A stretch of DNA of 64,000 nt from Protoeuglena noctilucae (lineage: Eukaryota): contig OY253684.1 in assembly GCA_958009085.1 (NCBI GenBank), forward strand, positions 434,001 to 498,000, read 5' to 3'. Position 1 is the first letter of the stretch. Every line of letters starts with the position of its first letter. Positions 38,166 through 49,457 of this stretch are shown piece after piece. Below the pieces are notes generated by a model. That model had not been told where the DNA came from, did not search any database, and was given only the letters and a program-made list of their open reading frames with translations. The position numbers and the translations under genes are program-made.

Positions 38166-40361
38166 ATGGCCGCGGCCGCGCCGGGCGTCAGATGGCGCCC
38201 GGGGTTATCTTTGGCGTCAAGCTCGCAGGCGCGACTACGCCTGGGCGTTCTCCACGCCGTCAGGTGCCACGGTTTCCGCTTGCGTCCACCCAGGCTGCAC
38301 ACCGTCGCCTGGCGTCTCCGTCTCGCCGACGCCGCGCCTCCGCACAGCCCGCGATTGTCTATGTGCAGGGGAAGCGGGAGCGGTTCTGGCGACGCCATGA
38401 TAGACGACCGCGAGGGACCGGGATGGGCGCGCGGTGGAGCTCACAGTGTCGCGGCTGTCGTCGCTCTATCCGCCCTGACCAACCCTCCTCGTGCGGCCGC
38501 ATTCGATGACTCGGTGTGTCTAGAACTGCGCCAGGCCCTGGCGACGAGCGCAGAGACTTCTCGCGGGTCCTAAGCGTGGCCGGCTGTCTCTTTCGCAGGA
38601 TTTCCCCCAGGGGACGCGACGCTACCGCCGGCTGCGCGACCAGGACACTTTGCAAGCCATCCGTCGGGGCCAGTACCAAGGTGCCGGCCGTTCACGAATG
38701 CAACCGTGAAATCTACAAGGATGGCATCGTGCCGGGGCCCTGCTTGTGCAAGCCTTTTGCGACGATGCGCCATTCAGCCCCCCGCAGACCCCTTCTTACC
38801 CGTGCACGACCAACTGCGGCGCCTGCGCCGGGAGGCCAGGAAGCGTGCCAAGGCGGCACGCAAGGCGCTGGAGGGGGCGGCGCGGTCGGCCGGGGCGGCT
38901 GCCGACCGGGCGGCGAGGTCTGCGACGGAGGCGGCGGCGAGCACGGGGCGGGCGGTGGACCAGGCGGCCAGCGTTGTGACGCAGCACCCTCAGGCCCAGG
39001 CGCTGCGGCAGAGTGCGCGGCGGCTGCTCAGCAACAAAGAGCTGGCCGAGACTCACTGGCGCGTCACGGTGCCACGTAAGAGCGGCGTGGGCGCGCAGAC
39101 GTCGATCGGGCAGGTGAAGGGGTCCGGCATCCCGCCCGGCGTGAGGGATGCGGCGGTGGCGACGGCGCTGGTGGTTGGGGTGGTGGCGGCGGCGTCTGCC
39201 GTGGCTGGTGCCGTGTCGGGCCGCGGGTGGATGTTCTTCAAAGGCCGCGGAGAGAGCGCGGAGGGGCGGTGGGTGCGCGACCGGTCCCTGGGAGGTCGGC
39301 TCGTGCGTGTCGAGACACCGAACGGCGCCACAGCGATGCCCAACCCTCTGGAGGGCGTCGAGGGCGCTGAGAGGCGCGCGACCACCCCAAACAAGCGCAC
39401 GAGTCCGGCTCCCGCGCCCGGGGATGTGGTGATGCCGGCGTGGTGGGATCGGCCGGTGGCGGTGTCGGTTCCTGAGTCGGTGCGGGAGAGGGCGGGGCGC
39501 GAGGCGACGGCGTTGCTGAGGCGAATGGAGAGCGACAAGGTGGCGGGGCGGGATGTGCCGATTGAGGTGAGTGCTTTGCAGTGACGTGTGTACTGATGGC
39601 TGACACCTTGCCGAGCGCGCACAGGACAGCACCCTGACGCATATCGATGTGGTGTCGGCAACGTGGGCCTTGGTTGCGTGGTGAAACGCAGGGCCTGGTG
39701 CGGCTGAGGCAGCTGTGCCAGGAGGGGCAGTGTACGGTCCGCGCGGCGACGCCCTCGGGTCGAGATGCGATGTTCCGGCAGGGGGTGCAAGCCGCGATCC
39801 AGGCCGCGGCATCCGGACGCACGGTCGCCATCGGCGGAAGCAAGCCCGCGCGGCTCGTGGCGGGCCTGGCGAAGGACCTCGAGGTGCCGGATGAGGATGC
39901 AAGGAGGATTTCCGTAGCTGAGGTGAGTGTGGTACCGTGATGAATCGAGCGTGGCTTGTCGGGGGCCAGGCGTGCGCGGGGCAGGCCAGGGTCCGCTCTG
40001 CCTGCGTCCGCTGCGCAAGTGAGGTGCTAATCTTGGTCATATCGACGCGCAGGTGGCCAAGACGCTGCGCGATGGCCTGGTGGACGCCTGTGCAGCGGTG
40101 CGGATGGGGGACGCGTCGCTGCAGCTGCGGACGGCGCTGGCGGTGGCGGGGGTCCTGGCCAACTTCCCCCTGGGTCTGAACACGCCCGAGGGGGAGCTGG
40201 TGTACACGCGCTTGAGGAGCGTGTGCTCGCAAGAGGAGCGGGAGACGGTGCTGCGGTCGGCAGAAGAGGTGATGGCGGGGGACGAGGAAGGGATCGAGAC
40301 GGTGCGGGAGCTGCTCGGGCTGCATCTCCCTACCTGGGCGCCGGGCATCGGACCCGATTGA
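38166..40361 (+). CDS. Hypothetical, probably plastid membrane protein
   Basis: Ala/Arg-rich N-terminus and TM segment AAVATALVVGVVAAASAVAG. GT-AG exons at about 38800-39567, 39692-39922 and 40053-40361 (GRWVRDRSLGGR, RDAMFRQGVQAAI). Confidence 0.55.
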
Positions 40362-41323
40362 GCGCGAGCAGAGGCCTCAGGCTCAGTTGAGCACTTGTTG
40401 GCTCCAGCGCTGACGAGCACCCGTCTGAAACAAACAAGCGAGCAAATTAGCAACCGCGCTGATGGCAACGACCGGTTGCAAAATGCGCGCTTGCGAGAGC
40501 GCGCACTATGCCACGCTCTTGTGGGCGACGGATGCTCCAGCCGCAGCAGTAAGCATCTGCGTAGATGCTCGAACGCAATGAGCATCCCCGCCGCGGTGCG
40601 TGGCCCATGCATAGCTTCGCAGTGTTCGTATGCGCAAGTGCTGCAGCACAGTATGTTAAATGAACGCGCGACTTGGGCTGGCCCCGCAAGCCAGCGTGGC
40701 GTGCAAGCCTCTTTTCTGAAGTCGTGCCACCTTCTCCGCCTAGTACACCGCAGGTTTTCAGTTCGAGACATCGTGAACTGCGGGTATATGCTTCGAAGCC
40801 CGTCTGCGCTTGCCCCCCGCGCTCGGTGGCCCGCAGCTCGCAGAGGGCGCCCGCGCGGCGCGTCACCAGGGGCCTGCTTGAGCCCGACCTGTTAGCGACC
40901 GTCCTCTTCTACTTCTTGGCTCTCTCGTCTCGTCCCTGCCGCGGCCAGAGACGGAGTGACGAGGATCCTCCCGCGTCCGCGCCCTCGTTTGGCCATGCGT
41001 CCCGCGACAGCAGCACGGCAGCGCTGAGCGACCTCGACCTCGAGCGTACCACGATCTGCAGCGAGTCGGCGCGCGAAGGCGACGGTTTCTTGGGCGCTGT
41101 GAAGCGCGCGGTCCCGTGGGCGGTCTCTGAGGGCGGCCGCATCCTCTCGGGCGCACCAAAGCTCACTCCCGAGCTTCTGCGAGGTGACGGTTATCCGCAA
41201 CGTGCGGTCCGCTCGTCAGCTTCCCGACCCGCGGGGCAGGACGTGAGTTTGGCCCCGCCCGCAGCCTCGCTGCACCGGGACCGCCGCGTCCCGTGCACCT
41301 GCGGCGCGGCCCTCGTCATCGCG

Positions 41324-43708
41324 ATGGCTGCGGCCATCAGCTTGAGGACGGAGGCTGCCGCTCAGGAGGTCGACGGCTTCGGCATGCCGGTCGCGTACGC
41401 GCGCGTGCCGGGGTCGCAGCCCGAGTCCCCACGGCTGGGCTCATGGGCCCTCCGGAAGCCCATGCGACTCTCTTTCGCGACCTACAACATCCGCAGCATC
41501 ATGGACAGGCGAGACGCCGCGAGATTCCGCGCCCATCGGCCCAACTCACGCTGTTGTTTATGAACCCTTCCCTGCACGCGCCTGTTCCTGTAAATCCCGC
41601 GAACGAGTCACGTCTGCGTTCTTTTGACCGTTCCGCAGGTGGCATGAGCGAGAGGTGTTCCTTCGCGACACGCTGCGCTCGCTGCGGTGCCACGTGGTTG
41701 CGATGCAGGAGGTGCTTACCCACGCATTCGAACAGGACGCGCAGCTCATGGGGCCGGAATACGCCGTTCAACCATGTCGAGCCGCGCTGGCCAACATCCG
41801 CGACCTGGGTGAGCGCGAGCGGGAGCGGATGCGCGCGGAGGGAAGTTGCGCCGCAGTCGGCCTCGCCTCGCGCGAAGCCAGGCCCCTCTCCGCCCCGCAG
41901 GTTGGGCCGGTCGGCTCTATTCCGCGACCGTCGACGCGCTCCTCGCCTTCCCGCCCACGCGCGCTCTGCTGGCCGCGCTCCCCGCGACCGCCGAGCGCCT
42001 CCGCGAGGGCTGCCGCTGCGACTGGCCCGCCGCGACGCTGGCCCGCGACCTGACTGTCCTGCCCTTCTTCGGCAACTCCATGGCGCTGCACGCGAGCACG
42101 GTGGCCTCGGAGCGCCACGAGGTCCTCTCCCTGGGCTGCTTCCGTGCCGCACACCGCGTCCTCATTGTCCTCCACGACCGCCCGCGGGCCCTGCGGCCCC
42201 CGACGGCCCCCACCGCCCTCCCGCGCCTGGCGGAGTGGCTGAACCGGCGGCGCGGGGCGGGGTCCCCATCTGCCAGTAACATCGGCGAGGCAGGCCGCGG
42301 ACCCGACAGTCCGTCCTCATGGCATTCAGGGACCTCTTGGGGAGTCTCTGCGGATGAGGAGGATGCCCTGGGCCGGCCGTGGGAAGCCGGCGGGGGTGGG
42401 GGCGGGGGCGACGGTCGCAGTGGGGCGGGGGCGGGGCCGTCGGGGTGGTCAAAGCGCAGGCCGGGGGCGGGGGAGGGGGCGGGTGGTGGTGGGGGGGCGG
42501 CTGTTGGTGGGGCGGTGGGGTTGGCGGGTCCTGGGAGCGGTGGGGACCGTGGTATGGACCGGGATGGCCCGCGGCCTCGTCGCAGTGAGAGTTGGAGCGA
42601 AAGGATGCAGTCGCCTGGGGAGTGGCTGCTGCACCGGTGGGAGGAGCTGGGGAGGCGGCAGGTGGGTGGGGATGGGGTGGGAATGGGGTGGGCAGGCGTG
42701 TTGCCTGTTTTCAGTCTTTGCATGTCTTGTGCTGAGAGCTTGGCTGGCCATGGCCGAACAGCATGACGAGAGCCCCCACTCTCGCCCCCCGTCCGCCTGC
42801 GCAGGAGGGTGGCCACGAGAGCGGCACCCGTGACCCCCAGAAGGACCCCGTGACGGGCCACTCCGTCCCGCACTCGCGCACGCTGCGGCCGGCCCAGGAG
42901 GGTCTGGCCGAGTGGGCGAGGCGTGTGTTGGTGCCGCCCGCGCTGAGGGAGAGCTCCGTGGCGGTGTGGGTGGTCAACACGCACCTGGACCATGCCGATG
43001 CGGGGAGGAGGGCGCAGCAGATGGAGAGGGTGCTGGGGGTGAGTGGTCTGGGGGGTGAGGGGTGTGATGGGGAGGACGAGTGGAGTGGATGCAGGACTGA
43101 CAGTAATCGATAATGATGCCAACTCGACATCCAATGCATTCACGAACATCCATTACGCATCCTCCCTTCTCCCTCTCTTGCAGTGGATGGAGCCCGTGGC
43201 GGGCGAGGCAGCGGCTGTGGTCATTGCGGGGGACCTCAACGCACCGCCCGACGAGCCCACGCACGCGCTGCTCGCCAAGTGAGTGGCTTGGGGTATGGAG
43301 CGTTAGATGCTTACTAGGTGCTAGGAGCGAGGCGGCTCTGCCGCCCTTACTGCCATCCCCACCCCCACCCCCACTGCTACCCTCCCAACCACCCTCACCC
43401 TTACTGCTACCCTCACCCCCACCCCCACCCTCCACCCCAGGCACCGCTTCGTGTCTGCCCACGCCAGCATCCACGGCCGTGAGCCCGACAGCACCTGGCC
43501 CTCGGGACTCACGGCCCCTCTCATGGACGACGGCGATCCCTTTTGTGCCGACTTCGTCTACGTACGCCCCTCCCCCGGCCACCGCTGCCGCGTGCTGAGG
43601 GCGGAGCTGGTGGGGCAACACCCGCACCCGTCTGACCCCACGCTCTTCCCATCGGACCATGTGGGTCTGCGTGTCGATATTGAGTTCGATAGGGATGTGG
43701 GCCAGTGA
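41324..43708 (+). CDS. Endonuclease/exonuclease/phosphatase (EEP) family hydrolase
   Basis: SFATYNI, VVAMQEV, FGNS, VVNTHLDH, IAGDLNAPP, DFVYV and PSDHVGL appear in canonical EEP order; TGA at 43706-43708. Confidence 0.87.
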
Positions 43709-44396
43709 GGGAGTGGGTTTGTGGGGGCAGTGAGGGGCAGGGGTGATGGGATGGGCAGCGGGGGCTGACTACCAACACCACTGGCGGCGAACGTGTGGGC
43801 TTGCCGCATTGTCATCTCCATGTTTTCTCAAATACTGTGCGCGTGAGCATCTGCGCATCTTGGTTTCCACGAGTTGTTTATCTGCATCATCAGGACGTGC
43901 TGTGGCGTGGCTTGCCCACAGCACGATCGAGGATCCCACAAGTCGGTCCTCGCACAGGGACCCACATGGCGCCATCGGGACGCTATCATTGCTAATAGAA
44001 GTTGAGCTCCACATGTCATTTGACCTGTTTCGCTAGCTCCACTGAGCTTGCAGACATAACTCCCTTGCGTGGCTCCCATGCGCAGTGGCTCCGCATGGCA
44101 CGCGTGTAACGCGGTGTGTACTCTCATAGAACGTGCCCTGCGCGGAGTTCCGTCGATCTCGCAGCAGTCGCAGTCGGACCATTGAATATGAAACGAGGAG
44201 AAGCGGAATTGCATAAGTTCAGTCCCATACTGTGTCGGTTGAAGGTGCATGTTGTGCACGCACAGTGATCCATGCACACGGGCCGGCATTTGAACACTAA
44301 TAGTGACAAGGGTTCAAATGCGGGACTCGCCAGCCGTACGAATCAACAGCGCCCCCTCCTTGCTCATGTAACTACCCCGCTCATCTCATGCACCCC

Positions 44397-47300
44397 TCAC
44401 GCCTCCTTCCTCCCCTTCTTGATCATCGCCAGTCTCCTCCCCAGCCGCTTCTGGAACTCGGTCTTGCCCTCCTTGCGGCCCTCGGGCACGTCCGACTGGG
44501 GCATGACCGAAAAGTTGAACGCCGTGGCCTGGGGGGGAAAGCGATGGGGGCAATGAAGGGGGTTGAGAGGCACAGCGAGGAGTGGAATGCCGTGGCCTGA
44601 GAGGGCGGGCGATGGGGAGGATGAAAAAAGGTCCAAGTGGGGCATCACCAAGAAGTGGAACGCGCGCGTCGCTTATGGAATCCCACACTGTCCTTTTATT
44701 CCCACTACCTTCATTCTCACTCTCACTCTCACCCCCACCCTCACCCTCACCCTCACCCCCACCCACCCCACCCTCACCACCCCACCCCTCACCTTGGGCG
44801 GCTGCGCCCGTGTCCGGTACTCCTCATCCCCGACCTTGGGCTTGGCCGCCTGGATCTCCCTCAGCTTCCTCTGCACCTCCGCTTCATACGCCCTCGCCTG
44901 CCTGGCTCTTTCCTCAGGTGTCACCTCCCCCACCTTTACCCTACCCGTCGCCTCCGCCCCTCCCCTCGACGCCCCCACTCCCAGCTGCTGCATCCAGCGA
45001 GTGACCAGGTCGCCGGCAAGGCGGCGATTGGCGGGGGTCTCGTCTGGGCATTTGGAGAGGAAGGCCACGGCCTGGCCCAGCTGGGACTGCTTGAGCTGTG
45101 GGGGGTGGGTGGGGGTGAGGGTGGAAGTGAGGGTGGGGGTGAGGGTGGCAGTGGGGGTGACACTGATCACATCTACACCCCGCCGTCCCCCCGCTACCTC
45201 TGTCACTGCCACCCCATCTCTCTCATCTCTCTCCCATCTCCTCCCCCCCCCCCCCCCTGCGTCCTCTCATCGTGTTACTAGCTCTGTCAATGCCACGCCA
45301 TATATCCCCATCTCTCTCATCTCTCCCCCATCCATCTCCCCACCTGCGTCCTCCTCATGTCGTCCTGCAGGTTGATGCGCATGTGCTGCAGCTGCTGCAG
45401 CACCGTGGTGCGGATCTTCACGTTGGGCAGCGACCCGTCCGGCAGCACCTCCAGCCAACGCTTGAGCGCCACGAGGAGACCCTCGGACAGCAGGTGGTCC
45501 TGCAGGTGCTTCTTGACCAGCTCTTGCGATACCTGGGGGTATGGGGGAGATGAGGTAGTGGTATGGGTGTGGTAGTGGTGTCGGTAGTAGTATTGCATGT
45601 ATGGGTGGGAGAAATAGGGCCGTGTGTCTGTGCCTGCCATGCTTTCAATGACTGCTATCCATGCCATCCCATCCATCACCACCCATCACCTCCTGCAGCA
45701 TCATGTACTTGCGCATGCACGGCCTCCCCTCCTTGCTGGCCCTCTCGTCCTCCTCAGCCGCGTGCTCCATGCGCTTCACAAACACCTGGGGTGGATATAT
45801 ACGTGAGGGAGGGGGATGAGTGCAACTAGCATCGACATTTGTGTCATCTGTCACCCCATCCACCCACCCCATCCCATACCACACCGCACCCACCCCATCC
45901 ACCTACCCCAATGAACCCCACCACCACCGCACCCCCTCGTCTCATCTCATCCCCTCTCATCCCATCTCATCTCATCCCATCTCATCCCATCTCATCTACT
46001 CACATGCGCGATGTTCTGCGCGTTGGCCTCCTCTTCTTGCACATCCTTGGACTTCTTCTGGCGGGGCTGCACCATCTTCTTGAACATGTCCTTCAAGTCC
46101 TCGTCCAACGTAGCCAGGATCTGCAGTATATATGACAGCGGCGGAAAGATATTGGGGTGATGGGGTATGCGCGGTGAGGGAGCAATCGCCCTTGCCCGCA
46201 CTGCTACCCCCATCGCCATCCCCACTGCCACCGTCACTGCCACCCCCACTACCACCCTCACCTTCACCCTCACCCCCACCCTCACTGCCACCCCCACTGC
46301 CACCCCACTGCCACACTTATCACCCTCCTCACTCCCACCCCCACTGCCACCCTCACCCCCCCCCCCCACCCCTCACCTGCTTGTCCTCCTTGTTCCCACC
46401 ACCCCCCGCCCTCCCCCCCTTGCTCTTCGACTTCCCCCCCGCTTCCTCCGCCTCCTCCCCCTCCTCAGCCTCCTCTGCTCTCCTCCGCTGCTTCTTGGCC
46501 TTCTTGCCGCGGCGCTCGTCGTCAGAGTCGCCACCGCCCCAGCGAGGGTCGTCATCCTGTATTGGAGAGAAAGGGGGGAGGGAGTGGTTGGATGAGGGGT
46601 GTGTAGATGAGTGACCATGGTCATGGTACGCATGGGTGCCGATGCTCGAGGTCAGCTCAGACTGCCATAACCATAGAATCTCCATCCCACGCCCAGCCAG
46701 CCACCCCCCCGCTACCAACTCAACCCCCCCCCCCCCATCGTCAACTCTCACGTCTTCTTCGTCCTTCTCGATGAAATCCCTGTCCGCCTGCGTCTCCACC
46801 CCCTCCTCGTCGTCGCTGGCCACGGGGCCGTCCGCCCCTTTGGGCTTTTTCTCCGCCTTGCGCCTGCGACGACGCTCGCGGCGACTCTCCCCCTCCGCGC
46901 CCTCCCGGTCCTTACGCTTCTTCTTGCCCTCCTTCTTTTTCTTCTTCTGCGAACGATCGGATGCGCGGGAGGGCGTCCGGCCATCGATACTCGTTGGGCA
47001 AAAGGACGAGGCAAGGAAAACGCGCCCTGCTTCTCTCGATCCCCCGCGCCAACGCACGAGGCCGCGCGATAGTAACGTGTACAACATACACCATCACATC
47101 CGCATCTCCAGCACCATGGAACGGGCCTCGCCTTCTTGAGCTCCTCCTCCTCGTAGTCGCTCGCGTCCTCCCCGTCCTCCGCGGGCCGCTTCTTCTTCTT
47201 CTTTTTCTTCCGCTTCTTCTGCAGTGGGTAACGCAAATGATAACGTCGTTCGCCGACCCTCTCCGGGGGCAGCGGAAGCAAACCCGCGGCCGCGGCGCTC

Positions 47301-47728
47301 ACCTCCCCGTCCCCCTCGCCCTCGCCCCCCTCCGCTCCCTCCGCCTCGTCTCCCCCGCTCTCCGGCCCCTCTGCCTCCGCATCTTGCTCCTCCAACTGCG
47401 CGTTCAGTGCCTCCAATCGCGCCCTGCGCTCGGCCAGGCGCGCGCGCTCGCCCCCGTCCCCGTCCCCGCCCTCGTCGTCATCCTCCAGGCCCGTGGGGCC
47501 CGCCCCGGCCGCCTCTGCGGAATCCACCAGATCCTTCAGCACCACATCGTCATCCTGCGGATGCGAGGCGACCGCCTGTGGCCCTCCCGGGGCCAACAGC
47601 GAAGCCGAGGTGCGAAGCGCGGGCTGCGATGCCAATTCAAGACGATTCTGCGTCACATTGCAATTGCTGCATGTCTTTCTCACCTCGAGGCCGGCGAGGA
47701 GGTTGGGAGGGTCGATAAGCTCGGCCAT
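44397..47728 (-). CDS. IWS1: IWS1/SPN1 transcription elongation factor (TFIIS N-terminal domain)
   Basis: Acidic N-terminus with DRDFIE; KRMEHAAEEDERASKEGRPCMRKYMML; LLVALKRWLEVLPDGSLPNVKIRTTVLQQL; LKQSQLGQAVAFL...ETPANRRLAGDLVTRW. Confidence 0.88.
45941..45998. repeat. Intronic (CATCT/CATCC)n pentamer repeat
   Basis: ctcatctcatcccctctcatcccatctcatctcatcccatctcatcccatctcatct. Confidence 0.7.
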
Positions 47729-48103
47729 CCCCGGCCCGGCGGACGCGTCCGGGGGTGCAGGCTCAATCGATGCGCGAGAGGGCGATTGGCGAGACCAGAA
47801 CACGCTGACTCGCAGACAAGGATGGTAAGAGTCACAAACTGCGAGCTGCGGGGCGCATCGTCGACGGGCTGAAGGCTGCCACCGACACGGCAGTGTCCTG
47901 CACCGCTCTGGCGCACGATGCGTCGCTTGATTCTCCAATGCATTCGCTACGTGCCCTCTCTTACATTCCAGCGGCCGGCAGCCGATGCGCCGGGGCTGGA
48001 AGGCGCAGTGAATGCGCGGCGTGGGCTGGTGACGCGGCAGCCGCGAGTGCTGTGCGCGCCGAGCTCCCATCTGCCGGCCTTGTGCGGCCGGCTGGTGTGA
48101 AGG

Positions 48104-49087
48104 ATGCGTCTGACGACGCTGGCTGCGACAGGGCCGCGCGCGGGTCCCCTCGCGAGTGGGATAGACAGGGCATCCCCGTCCGCCGGGCCTCTCAGCCGCG
48201 ATGTCGCACGTCGGGCGAGCGCGGGCGACGTGGGCCCCTCATCTCCCTCTCCTCCACCGCCTCCGCCGCGGCGTGCTGCGCGGGGAGTGTCCGGCGCGAG
48301 CACACGCCTGGTGAGGGCGTGAATGTTGCCGTCTCTCTCGCTCAGCTGCGCTCCGTCGGCAGTCGCCACTTAAACCGCTCGGGATATGAGTAAAGTAGAG
48401 TCTCGCCAAAGAAAGTCACCCACAAACCCGCACGGTCGCCGCAGATTGCTTTCGTCATCACTGCGCCGGGCAAACTCGACCAGTACTTCACCACCGGAAC
48501 TCTGCGGCGGGTGAATTGCATCTTTGCATATTATTTACAAGCCATATTGCGCATGTCATTTCTGCGCACCGCTCTATGCGCGCGAGGGAGTGACCCTGCA
48601 TTAAACGGGTTGCTGGTCTCGTGCAGATGGCTTGGTGCGTGATATCGTACGGGTTCGGCTACTACGTGGCCAACACGGTCTCGCTTACCTTCGGCGCCCT
48701 CTCCATCAACGACATCATCGCGGCCGTCATGATGGTGCTTTTCTCGGAAGTGGTCAGGTGGGAGTTGCTCGGAAGGCCACGCAGTATGACAGCCAAGGAA
48801 GGCCTTTGTGTTTTTTGCTATACGAGGTGCATGATATGGCTTAGTACCATCGCGGCGGTGATGGATCAGTTCCTCTGTATTAGTATCCATTTCTGTGCTT
48901 GTCGTCGCCTTCACACTCGCGTCATTTGCAAAGGCCAGAAATCAAACCTTGCTGTGCTGCGACTCGCCCCCGCAGCTACGTGTGCTACACGGCGGACCGC
49001 TGGGACTACCGCCTGCTGTTCCTCAACTGGTTCAAACTGGGGCTGCAGACGGCCTTCCTGGCAGACGCGTTCAAGCTCGGGGGATGA
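48104..49087 (+). CDS. Ycf20-like (DUF565) plastid protein
   Basis: Exon 1 resembles a transit peptide (…STRL). GFGYYVANTVSLTFGALSINDIIAA and C-terminal LNWFKLGLQTAFLADAFKLGG are typical of Ycf20-like proteins. Confidence 0.85.
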
Positions 49088-49250
49088 GACAGGGGAGAGT
49101 CGGTGTGATGAGGTGTGCTGCGATCCGGTCAGTTACGAGCTGATTGGCGAGGAGAGATGGACGCTTGCGTTGCTGCGTGCGTGCTGGGCGCCGCATTGGG
49201 TGCGTGACCACGTAACCAGAGGCCACTTAAGTGATTACGCTGTTCAACAA

Positions 49251-49255
49251 TTACA
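49251..49255 (-). promoter_or_regulatory. Candidate TGTAA polyadenylation signal of IFT172
   Basis: Forward ttaca about 200 nt beyond the IFT172 stop codon. Confidence 0.35.
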
Positions 49256-49457
49256 CCATGCGGCGATCGGTCTCGCGTCGCGGCACAGGCCCGGGCTCGC
49301 AAGCTACCGAATGACCTCTCGCTAGGGACCCCGCTCCCAACACCCTCGCCAAGCCACCCCTACTTGCACCCTCACCCTCAACCTCCCTGCCACCCTCCCT
49401 GCCACCCTCAACACCACCCTCACCGCCACCCGCCCTTCCACCCCCACATCCCACCCC

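Noticed and set aside
41324..43708. EEP gene as a domesticated LINE endonuclease
   Set aside because: It is intron-containing, has no RT, and its motif pattern (NTHLDH, GDLNAPP) is that of cellular EEP hydrolases.
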